Made by a program: the position numbers and the translations under genes. This document shows positions 29,540 to 40,213 of a stretch of 44,453 nucleotides of DNA, piece after piece (position 1 is the first letter of the stretch; the number at the start of each line of letters is the position of its first letter). This DNA comes from an uncultured Oscillospiraceae bacterium (GTDB lineage: Bacteria > Bacillota > Clostridia > Peptostreptococcales > Anaerovoracaceae). Below the pieces are notes generated by a model, which made no database searches, was not told where the DNA came from, and saw only the letters and a program-made list of their open reading frames with translations. The stretch lies in the NCBI GenBank assembly GCA_964370035.1, contig CAYJGT010000002.1, positions 1-44,453 on the forward strand, written 5' to 3'.

Positions 29540-29947
29540 CTATCTTCTACTTTCAATTACTTCAGCTCTTCCTGCTACAGACCAAGTCGGTGCACTCCCT
29601 GAAATTCTGCTGATTCTTTTTACTATCAGGTTTGACATTGCGCCTTCACCTTCCATAGCAGCAATTGTGGCGGTAATAACCGCTATCAATTGTCCATCAT
29701 CTACAGTTTCCTCAACTGGGGCTTGTACTGCCGCCGCTGGGGCAGGAGCCGGAGTTGGCGAGCTTTCTTTCTTCTCAGTTGAAGCTATTACCTTAGATAC
29801 TACTGCAATAATAATCCACAACAACAGCAAAACTATAAATGTAATACTTATTCCTATTACTGTTGTTATCAATCCCCCTAACAGCTTGTCACCCATTGAA
29901 AGGTTTTCAATTTGTTCAGGATTGCTAAACATTTCCATTAAACTCAT
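29540..29947 (-). CDS. OadG/MmdD/GcdD-family small membrane anchor (delta) subunit
   Basis: 135-aa ORF with a single TM helix, an Ala/Pro linker and a C-terminal LIVKRISRI...WSVAGR segment typical of OadG-family proteins. Confidence 0.65.
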   Translation of the reverse strand: MSLMEMFSNPEQIENLSMGDKLLGGLITTVIGISITFIVLLLLWIIIAVVSKVIASTEKKESSPTPAPAPAAAVQAPVEETVDDGQLIAVITATIAAMEGEGAMSNLIVKRISRISGSAPTWSVAGRAEVIESRR

Positions 29948-29957
29948 CGTTTACCTC

Positions 29958-31505
29958 CTATAGTGGAATATTACCATGCTTCTTAGCAGGCAGTGACTCT
30001 CTCTTTGATGACAGCATATCAAATCCATTTACAACTCTTTGTCTTGTTGTAGCTGGCTCGATTATGTCATCTACATAACCCATTTCAGCTGCTCTATATG
30101 GATTGTTGAATTTTTCTTCATATTCTGCGATTTTTTCTTGTGTTTTTGCAATCGGATCATCTGAAGCTTTTATTTCTTTTCTAACTGATGAAATAATATT
30201 TGCAGCTCCTGAAGCTCCCATAACAGCAATCTGTGCTGTTGGCCAAGCTAAAACTAGATCGGCTCCAAGCTCTTTGTTGCACATTCCTATGTAAGCTCCG
30301 CCATATGCTTTTCTAAGAATTAATGTAACCTTAGGTACTGTAGCCTCACAATAAGCATAAAGCATTTTTGCCCCGTGCCTAATAATTCCGCCATACTCTT
30401 GGTCAGTTCCAGGAAGGAATCCAGGAACATCTTCAATAGTAAGAAGTGGAATGTTAAACGCATCGCATCTTCTAATAAATCTTGCAGCCTTATCTGAAGC
30501 ATTTATGTCTAAGCATCCTGCTCCAACCTTTGGTTGGTTTGCAATAACTCCCACTGAGTTACCATCAATTCTGATGAAGCAGGTTATCATATTCTTTGCG
30601 TAATGTGGCATTACGTCAAATAAATATCCATCATCTGAAATCCCTTTAATAACCTGATACATATCATATGCTTTGTTTGGATTATCTGGAATAATCGTAT
30701 CAAACTCTGGATTCAATCTATTAATATCATCTGAACATAACACTTGAGGAGCAACCTCCATATTATTTGAAGGGAATAAGCTTAGTAGCTCTCTTACACT
30801 TTGAAGAGTGCTAGTATCATCCGCTCCAATGAAATGTGCGTTTCCACTAATGCTGTTGTGAGTCATTGCTCCGCCCAACGCTTCAGCTGAAACTTCCTCG
30901 CCTGTTACTGTTTTAATTACCTGTGGTCCAGTGATAAACATCTGGCTAGTTTTGTCTACCATGAAAATAAAATCTGTAATGGCAGGTGAGTATACTGCTC
31001 CCCCTGCGCAAGGTCCCATAATTACTGAAATTTGCGGAATTACACCTGACGAGATTGTATTATTGTAAAAAATCTTACCAAAGCCAGAAAGTGCGTTTAC
31101 ACCTTCTTCTACTCTAGCACCACCTGAGTCTTGCATACAAACTATTGGCGCTCCCATTTTTAATGCCATGTTTTGAATTTTCACAATTTTCTCTGCGTGA
31201 TATTCCCCTAAAGAACCTCCAATTACTGTGAAGTCCTGAGCAAATGCAAATACTAATCTGTCATCCACTCTACCATAACCAGTTACTACACCATCTCCAG
31301 GCGCATGCTTTTCTGGCATGTCAAAGTTTGTAGATCTATGAGATACAAATACATCAATTTCTACAAAACTCCCTTCATCAAAAAGGATATCGATTCTTTC
31401 TCTAGCAGTCAACTTGCCTCTTTTGTGTTGATCTTCTATTCTCTTTTCTCCGCCACCTAAAGCGATTTCAGCTTTGAGGGCACGAAGTTGTTCTAGTTTA
31501 TCCAT
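29958..31505 (-). CDS. acyl-CoA carboxyltransferase (alpha) subunit, methylmalonyl-CoA decarboxylase/propionyl-CoA carboxylase-beta family
   Basis: 515-aa ORF with typical carboxyltransferase-domain sequence (GKLTARERIDILFDEGSF, DSGGARVEEG, VIMGPCAGGAVYSPA, the GGAYIGMCNK region). Confidence 0.9.
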   Translation of the reverse strand: MDKLEQLRALKAEIALGGGEKRIEDQHKRGKLTARERIDILFDEGSFVEIDVFVSHRSTNFDMPEKHAPGDGVVTGYGRVDDRLVFAFAQDFTVIGGSLGEYHAEKIVKIQNMALKMGAPIVCMQDSGGARVEEGVNALSGFGKIFYNNTISSGVIPQISVIMGPCAGGAVYSPAITDFIFMVDKTSQMFITGPQVIKTVTGEEVSAEALGGAMTHNSISGNAHFIGADDTSTLQSVRELLSLFPSNNMEVAPQVLCSDDINRLNPEFDTIIPDNPNKAYDMYQVIKGISDDGYLFDVMPHYAKNMITCFIRIDGNSVGVIANQPKVGAGCLDINASDKAARFIRRCDAFNIPLLTIEDVPGFLPGTDQEYGGIIRHGAKMLYAYCEATVPKVTLILRKAYGGAYIGMCNKELGADLVLAWPTAQIAVMGASGAANIISSVRKEIKASDDPIAKTQEKIAEYEEKFNNPYRAAEMGYVDDIIEPATTRQRVVNGFDMLSSKRESLPAKKHGNIPL

Positions 31506-31668
31506 TTATGTTCCTCCTTACGTACACTTATCCACAACAACTATACAATAACTCCCCTTATATTTCAAGGTGAATTGCAAATGTATACATTATGCTTTAC
31601 AGATAGCTAAGTAACGTCTTTATCATTCAATATATTCACCTTATTTGTAGAAACATCCTACCTTTTAT

Positions 31669-33246
31669 CTATCGATTTTTATTTAACCTTCTAAGGGCTA
31701 GCGCAACAGTCAAACTAGGAACTATCCTATTAGTCGAAATTTCCGCTCCAAGTAAGTCATCTGCTCTTTTCAATCTATACTGTACTGTGTTTGCATGAAT
31801 TTTTAGCACCTCTGCAGTTTTGTTGCTATTTAATCCAGTATCTAGGATAAATGTTTCAAGTGTTTCCAATAGTTGTTTTTCTTTTATATCCCCGACTTCT
31901 TCCAAGGGTTTTAAAAGGTCAAGGTATGTTTTTTTGATAGTTCCACCTTGCAACTCCATCCCTACACAATTTCTGACTAATGATAGTTCGAATTTAGAAA
32001 ACACCATCCTGTTTGGATATACGCTTTCTACAAAGTGACTTGTCTCATTTATCAGTTGAAATGCTTCTATGGTTCCTTCTATCCCTTCTATTCCTGTCAC
32101 CTGAAATACTGCTCTATCTTTGCTTTCGCCTATTTCCGAATAAAATTCTAGACACACTTGTCGCTCTTCTTCTTTATTCTTTTTCCCTACTGCTGCTTTT
32201 GACAGAATAACTCCGTAGGTCTCTAGACCTTCATTAACACGGACAAATTCCAAGCCTTCCTTTATATACTTTTGAACTTTTTTATCAAGATCTGCATCTT
32301 CAACACCTTTAATAAAAAACACGCTTATAATCTGTTCTTCATTTATTCTGGCATCATTATTCAATGTATATGCTAGGCTTCTGTTTCCTCTTCTTAAAGC
32401 CTTTATCATTTCTGCTTTAGAATCGCTATCTGGAGAATACTTCCACATCAACGCAGAAATTTCAATAATTTCAGCTAGTTTAGCAATCTCCCCCACTGTA
32501 TAATAGTCATTATTATCCACCAATAACAAGAAGTTACTCTCTTCCCCAATATTTATTGGCCCCCAATAGGTTAGAACTCCCTTAATATCTTTCGCTGTAT
32601 AGACTCCCTCTCCAGTCTTATTCGCATTATTTCTCCAAGCTTCAACTGCCTCTGCAATTGTCGCCCTATGCCTAGTTTCTATCGAAAGTATTGGGTTAAA
32701 GTCAGGGCTTATGATAATAGCCTGAAACTCATTTGCTATTGCTGCTTCTCTAAGTGCCGTTTGAAAGTTGTCATATTTTTCAAAATTCAACAAATGAAAT
32801 ATACTGTTACTTATTAATCTGTTTTGAAAATTTTCCTTGCTACCGTAAAATATCTTCCGGTTAATCTCCGCAATTACATCTCCAAGAGACGCTTCACTAT
32901 CCTTGGACGTTATTATCGGAAAGTTGTATTCTTTGGCTATACTTATTACCTTTTCATCTACTGAATTTAGTACAGTTCCAACCCTTAAAAGTATCAACCC
33001 TACATTTTCATTTCGAGCTAATGACTCTATGACTTTACACTGTTTCAAAACATCATTTTTAATTTCTGAAAAAGTGGCAATTACAAGCTGCGCACTATCT
33101 TTGCAGTATTTTTCAATCTCCGAAACATTCGTGCTTTCTAAGTAAGAAACTTTCTTTATGCTCTTCCCTAGCTGGCTCTTGCCAGTGATAATTTCTGTCC
33201 CTAGCAGAGCACTTAGCCCTAGGCATTCTTCCAATGTAAATCCCAT
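31669..33246 (-). CDS. PucR-family transcriptional regulator
   Basis: 525-aa ORF with a C-terminal PucR-type HTH (NSNKTAEVLKIHANTVQYRLKRADDLLG) and a large N-terminal putative sensor region. Confidence 0.8.
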   Translation of the reverse strand: MGFTLEECLGLSALLGTEIITGKSQLGKSIKKVSYLESTNVSEIEKYCKDSAQLVIATFSEIKNDVLKQCKVIESLARNENVGLILLRVGTVLNSVDEKVISIAKEYNFPIITSKDSEASLGDVIAEINRKIFYGSKENFQNRLISNSIFHLLNFEKYDNFQTALREAAIANEFQAIIISPDFNPILSIETRHRATIAEAVEAWRNNANKTGEGVYTAKDIKGVLTYWGPINIGEESNFLLLVDNNDYYTVGEIAKLAEIIEISALMWKYSPDSDSKAEMIKALRRGNRSLAYTLNNDARINEEQIISVFFIKGVEDADLDKKVQKYIKEGLEFVRVNEGLETYGVILSKAAVGKKNKEEERQVCLEFYSEIGESKDRAVFQVTGIEGIEGTIEAFQLINETSHFVESVYPNRMVFSKFELSLVRNCVGMELQGGTIKKTYLDLLKPLEEVGDIKEKQLLETLETFILDTGLNSNKTAEVLKIHANTVQYRLKRADDLLGAEISTNRIVPSLTVALALRRLNKNR

Positions 33247-33276
33247 CTATTCCACCTTTACCCTTATTCTGAGTTA

Positions 33277-35637
33277 TTATTCCTCATCTTTAGTTTTCGT
33301 TGATTTACTCCTAGTCTTTTTTGTTCCTTCTTCTGCGTCAACATCTTTGGATACTTTAGTTTTTGAAGTAGTCGACTTGGCCTTAGGCTCTTTCTTTGCT
33401 TCATCCTTCTTTACGTCTTTAGTTTTTGGAGTAGTCGGCTTAGCCTTAGGAGTTTTCGTCTCTTCATTCTCCTCGCTTTCTTTCGTCTTTTTTTGCGTTG
33501 CCTTTGGCTTTGCCACTTCAGTTTCAGATTTTTTTTCTGGCGCCTCAGCTTTTGCAACTTTTGGAGCTTTTTCTTTTGCCTTTGGCTTTGCTGCTTTTTT
33601 AGTGTCAACTTCTTCGTTCTCTTCTGAAAGCTTGATTTCATCTTCACTTTCTTCATTTAAGTAGTCGCCATCATAGGCAGCTAGTTCTGCCTCTTCTTTA
33701 GCTCTTTCTTCTTCGATAATTCTTTCCATTTCCTCAGCTTCTTCTTTATTTCTAAGGGCAATGGTTGTTTCTTTTTCTTTCACTGCTACATTTAATTGAT
33801 CAGCTGTAATCTTACCCGCATAAAGTTCTTCAAACTGTTCACCATCTAGTGTTTCAATTTCAAGTAACGCTTTTGAAATTTCATGCAACTTTTCCATATT
33901 TTCTGAAAGTATATGCTCCGCTTCTTTATGAGCCTCTTCAATGATCTTTTTAATCTCTTCATCTATCTCCGAAGCAGTTTCCTCAGAGTAGTTCTTTCTA
34001 GTAGAGAAGTCTTTTCCAAGGAACACTTCATCAGACGAACTATAATTTACAGTCCCTAGTTTTTCACTAAATCCATACTTTGTAACCATGTCTTTCGCTA
34101 TCTCAGTAGCTCGCATAATATCGTTGCTCGCCCCTGTACTAATATCATCTAGAGTTAACATTTCCGCAACTCTTCCACCTAATAAATGTACAATTTGCTC
34201 TCTCATGCCTGACTTAGTGCCGTAATATTTATCTTCCTTAGGCAGAATCATGGTGAATCCACCAGCTCTTCCCCTTGGAACTATTGTGATTTGATGTACT
34301 GGATCAGTGCCAGGAAGTGCGTGCGCAACAATTGCATGTCCTGCTTCATGATAAGCAGTTAGCTTTCTCTCTTCTTCACTAATTACCCTACTCTTCTTTT
34401 CAGGCCCAGCAATCACCTTAGTAATAGCTTCTTCTATTTCTGTCATTCGGATAAATCTTCCATTTCTCCTTGCTGTAAGAAGGGCCGCTTCATTTAGCAT
34501 ATTTTCAATATCCGCAGGTGTAAATCCTGGAGTTCTTCTTGCAAGTACCTTTGGGTTTACCTCTGGTGCTAAAGGTTTGTTCTTTGAGTGAACAATAAAA
34601 ATTTCTTCTCTACCTTTAATGTCCGGAACGCCAATTACCACTTGTCTGTCAAATCTTCCTGGTCTTAAAAGTGCAGGGTCTAGTATATCTGGCCTATTGG
34701 TTGCCGCCAGAATAATTATTCCCATATTAACAGCAAAGCCATCCATTTCAACCAAAAGTTGATTTAATGTCTGCTCTCTCTCATCATGTCCGCCACCGAG
34801 ACCTGCTCCCCTCTTTCTACCTACAGCATCAATCTCGTCTATGAAAATAATACAAGGTGCATTCTTTTTTGCTTGTTCAAAAAGATCCCTTACTCTTGAA
34901 GCTCCTACTCCGACAAACATCTCTACAAAGTCAGAACCACTTATTGTAAAGAATGGAACCCCAGCTTCTCCAGCTGCAGCCCTTGAAACATATGTTTTAC
35001 CAGTTCCTGGAGGACCTACCAACAATATTCCCTTCGGGATTCTTGCTCCTACATTATTGTATTTTCTTGGATTTCTCAAGAAGTCTACAACTTCTTCTAA
35101 CTCTTCTTTTTCTTCATCTAAACCTGCTACATCTGCAAATGTTAGTTTCTTCAACTGAGACCCAGTTTGTAGTTTTGCCTTGCTCTTTCCAAACTGCATC
35201 GCCTTGCCACCTCCGCCGGCTTGATTCATCATCATGAACCAAAAGAACACAAGTAACAATACCATTATTACCGTCGGCATTAGACTTACATACCACGGAG
35301 TTACATAAGGCTCTTCATTTACTAACTTTATGTCCCCCGCATCCATTTGAGGGTATACATAAGTTTCATTCAGCCAATTTACTTCAATAATTGAAGACGC
35401 ATACGTTGTATATATAGTTCCATTAGTCGCCTCTCCTGTTAGCTTCAGTTCTTCCACATTTAGCTCTTCAATTTTCTTGTCTTCTATGTACTTCGTAAAA
35501 GTAGAGAAAGACACTTCTTTAGCATCTTCTCCCGATCCTGAGCTCAAAAAGTAGGACATTCCTATTACTAGGACAAATACCAACACATAAATCCCTATAC
35601 TTCTTCCTTTAATTTTCATCTCTTTCCTTTCTTGCAA
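33277..35637 (-). CDS. ftsH: ATP-dependent zinc metalloprotease FtsH with a C-terminal Lys/Glu/Pro-rich tail of about 175 aa
   Basis: Two N-terminal TM helices, Walker A (GPPGTGKT), Walker B (IIFIDEIDA), SRH, and the HEAGHA zinc motif. Total length is 786 aa. Confidence 0.95.
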   Translation of the reverse strand: MQERKEMKIKGRSIGIYVLVFVLVIGMSYFLSSGSGEDAKEVSFSTFTKYIEDKKIEELNVEELKLTGEATNGTIYTTYASSIIEVNWLNETYVYPQMDAGDIKLVNEEPYVTPWYVSLMPTVIMVLLLVFFWFMMMNQAGGGGKAMQFGKSKAKLQTGSQLKKLTFADVAGLDEEKEELEEVVDFLRNPRKYNNVGARIPKGILLVGPPGTGKTYVSRAAAGEAGVPFFTISGSDFVEMFVGVGASRVRDLFEQAKKNAPCIIFIDEIDAVGRKRGAGLGGGHDEREQTLNQLLVEMDGFAVNMGIIILAATNRPDILDPALLRPGRFDRQVVIGVPDIKGREEIFIVHSKNKPLAPEVNPKVLARRTPGFTPADIENMLNEAALLTARRNGRFIRMTEIEEAITKVIAGPEKKSRVISEEERKLTAYHEAGHAIVAHALPGTDPVHQITIVPRGRAGGFTMILPKEDKYYGTKSGMREQIVHLLGGRVAEMLTLDDISTGASNDIMRATEIAKDMVTKYGFSEKLGTVNYSSSDEVFLGKDFSTRKNYSEETASEIDEEIKKIIEEAHKEAEHILSENMEKLHEISKALLEIETLDGEQFEELYAGKITADQLNVAVKEKETTIALRNKEEAEEMERIIEEERAKEEAELAAYDGDYLNEESEDEIKLSEENEEVDTKKAAKPKAKEKAPKVAKAEAPEKKSETEVAKPKATQKKTKESEENEETKTPKAKPTTPKTKDVKKDEAKKEPKAKSTTSKTKVSKDVDAEEGTKKTRSKSTKTKDEE

Positions 35638-35737
35638 CTAGATAATTGTTTATGTCGTTAAACTATTTTTAACCTTTTTAATATATAAATATATAGTTTC
35701 TGTTTATTGTTTCCTCTTTCTCATCATCATCTTATCG

Positions 35738-37189
35738 TTACTTAATTATGCTTAAGGATAAAATATTTTTAGTATCCTGATTAGTAGTATACTTCCCAGT
35801 AATTCTATTTCTAACTTGATCATCTAGAATCCAGACGATTTCGTTGCCCAAGGCTAGCATCCAAATTTTATCTCTCATTTCTTTAGGAACCTTTTCATCC
35901 ACGAAAATATCCTGAATTTTTTTCCTGCCATTTCCCCCTTTTAGCGGAAGGTAGTCTCCTGGTCTCCTAGTTCTAAGTTCTAATTTTCTGGCAGGAGATT
36001 CTAGATTTTTGTTTTTTTCTAAAAACACGTCATAATCCAAAACCACTTCCCCCTCTATAGGATTGTGATGACTAATTTTTATTCCCACAACCTTTAGATT
36101 CGGCTTTTCTTTTTCTTTTTCTACTGGTTTTTCTACTTCTACGAAACAATTGCTATTGTATAATCTTATTTGCCCCGGGTTAAAATCGATGCAGTATCCC
36201 TTAGGGAAGTACATTGTCCCATTCCAACCTTTTTCATCTATCTTTTCATTTAGAGGAACCAGATGACTCCTTCCAATATTTTTCTTAAGATTTATTTCTT
36301 CAAAAGCCATCAATATTATTCTATTTCTAATTGAAACATCTGCCAATTTAAAATCATGCCTATCTAAAATTATTTCGTGAGGTCTTCTTCTAATTAGCAT
36401 CTTATTGTAGTCTTCTTTTACCCTATACCAAATGTAATCTCTATCAGTTTTTACTTGCCTTGTATTAGCAATAATAGACTTCTTAAAGCTCGGATTAAAG
36501 TTTGCTTCGATATAAGGAATTAACTCTATTCGAATTTTGTTTCTTGTATAATCATTTTCGCCATTAGTTTTATCATAACGATAAATAACATTGTTTCTTA
36601 TGCAATACTCTTCAATACTTTCTTTTTCTACATCCAACAGAGGTCTAATTAAATATGGGCCATCTTCTAATTCTCTAATATAATCCATACCCGATAAGCC
36701 ATCTAAGCCTGTGCCTCTAATAAGCTTCATCATAATAGTTTCTACTTGATCTCCCAAATTATGCGCAGTAGCTATTTTGATTTTTTCGTAGAAGGTTCCT
36801 CCCTTAAAAAGTTCTTTTGCAACTTGATTATACACTGAATATCTTAAGGACCTACCTGCCTCTTCAACTGTCATCTGGTTTTTTTCTGCCATTCCTTTGC
36901 AGTCAACTTGAAAAGAAAATTTCTTTACGCCAGCATTATCACAAACTTTTTCCACAAAAGCCTGGTCTCGATCTGCTTCTTCCCCTCTTAACATGTGGTT
37001 TATGTGAACCGCTACTAGTGTGAAATCTAGAGTTTTTTGAAGTTTTAAAAGAATCGAAAACAGACACATAGAGTCAACTCCACCAGACAACCCCAGCACT
37101 ACATGATCTCCTTTTTCTATTAGTCGATCTTTTATTATACGCTCTTTTACAATTTGGAAAACTTTATTTTTCTTTTTCATCTCATTCAC
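35738..37189 (-). CDS. tilS: tRNA(Ile)-lysidine synthetase
   Basis: 483-aa ORF with the PP-loop LGLSGGVDS, a TilS substrate domain and a C-terminal domain. Confidence 0.9.
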   Translation of the reverse strand: MNEMKKKNKVFQIVKERIIKDRLIEKGDHVVLGLSGGVDSMCLFSILLKLQKTLDFTLVAVHINHMLRGEEADRDQAFVEKVCDNAGVKKFSFQVDCKGMAEKNQMTVEEAGRSLRYSVYNQVAKELFKGGTFYEKIKIATAHNLGDQVETIMMKLIRGTGLDGLSGMDYIRELEDGPYLIRPLLDVEKESIEEYCIRNNVIYRYDKTNGENDYTRNKIRIELIPYIEANFNPSFKKSIIANTRQVKTDRDYIWYRVKEDYNKMLIRRRPHEIILDRHDFKLADVSIRNRIILMAFEEINLKKNIGRSHLVPLNEKIDEKGWNGTMYFPKGYCIDFNPGQIRLYNSNCFVEVEKPVEKEKEKPNLKVVGIKISHHNPIEGEVVLDYDVFLEKNKNLESPARKLELRTRRPGDYLPLKGGNGRKKIQDIFVDEKVPKEMRDKIWMLALGNEIVWILDDQVRNRITGKYTTNQDTKNILSLSIIK

Positions 37190-38046
37190 CCTTTAATATT
37201 AAAAAATTTAACCCCGTTCTCGCAAGTTGTGCGAGCTACCTCTTCATAAGAAATATCCTTTATTTCCGCAATCTTTTCCGCTACCAATCTTACATTCATC
37301 GGTTTATTTTCTTTGCCTCTGTATGGCTCAGGAGTCAAATATGGAGAATCCGTTTCAATTGTTAGGAATTCAATTGGAATTTCTCCCACTACAGCTCTAG
37401 TTTTTTTATTATTTTTGTATGTTACAGGTCCTGCAATTGAAATTGTGGCTCCTTGTCTCACATATTCCCAAGCAAGTTCTTTGCTCCCTGAAAAACAATG
37501 AAGTAAAACTCTCGCATCATCCACCTCTGTGCCATCCGAACCTTTTCTTTTCGGAAACCAGCTTTTTCTTTCAGTAGAGAAAGCTCCTTCTTCCCGGAGA
37601 ATATCCATAACTAGTCTGTCTGCATCTCTCGAATGAATCACAATAGGCATCTTTAATTTATTTGCTAACCTAATTTGCTTTCTAAATGCCTCGATTTGAA
37701 TGTCTTCCGGAGATAGATTTCTATAAAAGTCTAGGCCAATTTCTCCAATTGCCACTACCCTTTCCTTCTTTGCCAATCCTTCAATTAAAAACAAAGTCAT
37801 ATCATCTACTTGGTCTGCATTATGTGGATGATATCCTGCAGTAGCATAGCAAAAGTCATATTCCTCACTATGTTTGACCGCAATTTGGGCGCTTTCAAGA
37901 TCAAAGGCACAGTCTACTACAAATTTCACTTCTGACTGAGAAGTTTCCTCAAATAATGCTTTCCTCTTTTCTTTTGTAAAGCTTTCATTGTTATAGTGAC
38001 TATGTGTATCAAACAGCATCTGTGCTCCTCTTGTATTTTCTAGCAT
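37186..38046 (-). CDS. tatD: TatD-family metal-dependent hydrolase/DNase (YabD-like)
   Basis: 286-aa ORF with FDTHSH, IGEIGLD, HSRDA, HCFSG and ETDSPYL motifs. Its stop overlaps the tilS start by 4 nt (ATGA). Confidence 0.9.
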   Translation of the reverse strand: MLENTRGAQMLFDTHSHYNNESFTKEKRKALFEETSQSEVKFVVDCAFDLESAQIAVKHSEEYDFCYATAGYHPHNADQVDDMTLFLIEGLAKKERVVAIGEIGLDFYRNLSPEDIQIEAFRKQIRLANKLKMPIVIHSRDADRLVMDILREEGAFSTERKSWFPKRKGSDGTEVDDARVLLHCFSGSKELAWEYVRQGATISIAGPVTYKNNKKTRAVVGEIPIEFLTIETDSPYLTPEPYRGKENKPMNVRLVAEKIAEIKDISYEEVARTTCENGVKFFNIKG

Positions 38047-38066
38047 TATATTTGTCGAATAAATTA

Positions 38067-40016
38067 TTAAGTTACTGGATTTCCATCCTCTGCTACTGTA
38101 CTAACAAATTCAAAGGTTTCTTTTCCATCCACTTCATTGTCTGCAAACATTATCATACCCTTTGATTCTAGCCCTCTAAGATTTCTAGGCTTAAGATTTG
38201 CAACTACTATTACCTTCTTTCCTATGGTCTCTTCTGGTTTATAGTACTCTGCAACGCCTGATAAAATCTGCCTTGTTTCTGTTCCCATTTTTACTTGGAA
38301 CACTAGAAGCTTATCGGCCTTTGGATGTTTCTCACAAGACAAAATTGTCCCCACCCTAAAGTCTATCTTATCAAAATCTTCGTACACAATTTCATCTTTT
38401 AATTCTAAAGGAATATTCTCTTCCTTAGGGTCGTTTAGGTGCTCTAATTCTTCTAGTTCTTTTTCTATATCTAGCCTTGGGAAAATAGGGCTTCCTTTAG
38501 CAACCTTTTCGCCTTTTAATCCAAAGAAAACCTTACCATCTTCCCATTCAGGCTTAGGTTCTGCCATTCCAAGTTGTTCTCTAATTTTTCCAGATGTTGT
38601 GTGCATAAACGGATAAATTAAAACTGAAACCACTCTTAATGATTCTGCTAAATTACGCAGCACTGTGTCTAAACGCTCCTTGTCTTCTTCTTTTTTTGCT
38701 AAAGTCCAAGGCATAGTTTCATCAATATATTTGTTCGCTCTTCTTACAACTACCCATATTTCTTCTAAAGCCAAATTAAATGCAAACTTGTCCATTTGGG
38801 CCTCTACCTTTGCGCTAGCGCTCTCAGCAATTTCTATAAGGTCCCTGTCTAATTCTCTTGCTTCGCCCTCAGCTTCTGTATATGTTGGAACAACCCCGTC
38901 ATTATATTTTTCTATCATCGTAACTGTTCTTGAAACTAAATTTCCAAGATCATTTGATAAATCATAGTTCATTCTTTTAAGCATTACCTCATTGGTATAT
39001 ACTCCATCTTGCCCAAAAGTATATTCTCTAAGCAAAAAGTATTTAAGTGCATCGATGCCGTATCTTTCAATTAGTTTCACGGGATCAACTACATTCCCTT
39101 TAGACTTGCTCATTTTCCCACCTTCAAGAAGTAGCCAACCATGGCCTAAAACTTGTTTTGGCAAAGGAAGGTCTAAAGCCATAAGCATTGCCGGCCAAAT
39201 TATTGAATGAAATCTAACAATTTCCTTCCCTACAAGGTGTACATTTGCTGGCCAATATTTCTCATATTTTTCTGGAGAATCTGGATATCCTAAAGCAGTT
39301 ATATAGTTTGCTAACGCATCTAACCAAACATAGATAACATGCTTTTCGTCAATAGGAACCTTAACACCCCAATCAAAAGTAGATCTAGAAATACAAAGAT
39401 CTTCCAACCCTTGGTTGATGAATCCAATCATTTCGTTTCGTCTTGATTCAGGTTCCAAGAAACTTGGATTAGTCTCAAATAGTTCTAACAACTTATCTCC
39501 ATATGCAGAAAGTTTGAAAAAGTATGCTTCTTCCTTAGCGTTTTCCACTTCTCTACCACAGTCAGGACACTTTCCTTCTGCTAGCTGTGAATCAGTCCAA
39601 AATGATTCACAAGGTTTGCAGTAAAGACCTTTGTACTCTCCTTTATATATTTCTCCTTTTTCATATAATCGGTTAAACAAAGCTTGCACTCTAGTTTTAT
39701 GTCTATCTTCAGTAGTCCTAATAAAATCATCATATGAAATTTCCATTGTTGCCCACAAGTCTTTAATTCCTGCCACTACATTATCTACATATGCTTGTGG
39801 TTCCACGCCTTCCTTCAATGCAATATCTTGGATTTTTTGTCCATGTTCATCAGTTCCAGTAAGGAACATTACATCGTGGCCTGTTGCTCTCTTAAACCTT
39901 GCCATGGCATCTGCCATTACAGTACAGTATGTATGACCAATATGTAAGTTAGAGCTTGGGTAATAGATTGGTGTAGTTATATAAAATTTCTTATTATTCA
40001 TGGGCTTTCCTTTCAT
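38067..40016 (-). CDS. metG: methionyl-tRNA synthetase with a C-terminal EMAP/tRNA-binding domain
   Basis: HIGH variant (NLHIGH), KMSKS and a CPDCG zinc knuckle. The likelier start is the ATG at 40001 (MNNKKFY...), preceded by AAAGGAAAG. Confidence 0.95.
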   Translation of the reverse strand: MKGKPMNNKKFYITTPIYYPSSNLHIGHTYCTVMADAMARFKRATGHDVMFLTGTDEHGQKIQDIALKEGVEPQAYVDNVVAGIKDLWATMEISYDDFIRTTEDRHKTRVQALFNRLYEKGEIYKGEYKGLYCKPCESFWTDSQLAEGKCPDCGREVENAKEEAYFFKLSAYGDKLLELFETNPSFLEPESRRNEMIGFINQGLEDLCISRSTFDWGVKVPIDEKHVIYVWLDALANYITALGYPDSPEKYEKYWPANVHLVGKEIVRFHSIIWPAMLMALDLPLPKQVLGHGWLLLEGGKMSKSKGNVVDPVKLIERYGIDALKYFLLREYTFGQDGVYTNEVMLKRMNYDLSNDLGNLVSRTVTMIEKYNDGVVPTYTEAEGEARELDRDLIEIAESASAKVEAQMDKFAFNLALEEIWVVVRRANKYIDETMPWTLAKKEEDKERLDTVLRNLAESLRVVSVLIYPFMHTTSGKIREQLGMAEPKPEWEDGKVFFGLKGEKVAKGSPIFPRLDIEKELEELEHLNDPKEENIPLELKDEIVYEDFDKIDFRVGTILSCEKHPKADKLLVFQVKMGTETRQILSGVAEYYKPEETIGKKVIVVANLKPRNLRGLESKGMIMFADNEVDGKETFEFVSTVAEDGNPVT

Positions 40017-40052
40017 TTTTCGACTTTACTATTTATTATAAGCCTTCACTAT

Positions 40053-40081
40053 AGTATATAATAGTTTTTTGGCATTTGCAA
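40053..40081 (-). promoter_or_regulatory. candidate sigma-A promoter of the metG-tatD-tilS-ftsH unit
   Basis: On the minus strand, TTGCAA (40076-40081), a 17-nt spacer, then TATACT (40053-40058), about 40-50 nt upstream of the metG start. Confidence 0.45.
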
Positions 40082-40152
40082 TGAATTACCCTTTATTTTC
40101 CACCATTTTTTTGTGGTAATTTCGCCTATTTTTTATATTTTTTTGTTGCTTT

Positions 40153-40188
40153 AACAAAAAAGCGACACAACCCCTCGTTATGTCGCTT
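40153..40188 (-). terminator. rho-independent terminator after the EEP-family gene
   Basis: 8-bp stem AAGCGACA/TGTCGCTT (40160-40167 / 40181-40188) with a 13-nt loop, followed on the minus strand by TTTTTGTT. Confidence 0.6.
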
Positions 40189-40213
40189 AATCTTTCTTTT
40201 ATAATGATAAACT

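Noticed and set aside
33158-33664. 168-aa plus-strand ORF and 81-aa minus-strand alternative-frame ORF (33411-33656) over the FtsH tail
   Set aside because: These are shadow frames of the repetitive Lys/Glu-coding tail of ftsH. Their composition (poly-Ser/Phe or poly-Lys/Arg) reflects the repeat, not selection.
40017-40213. Possible T-box riboswitch upstream of metG
   Set aside because: The sense strand contains a terminator for the upstream gene and a promoter. There is no T-box consensus and no specifier/antiterminator architecture. The leader left after the promoter is only about 40-50 nt.
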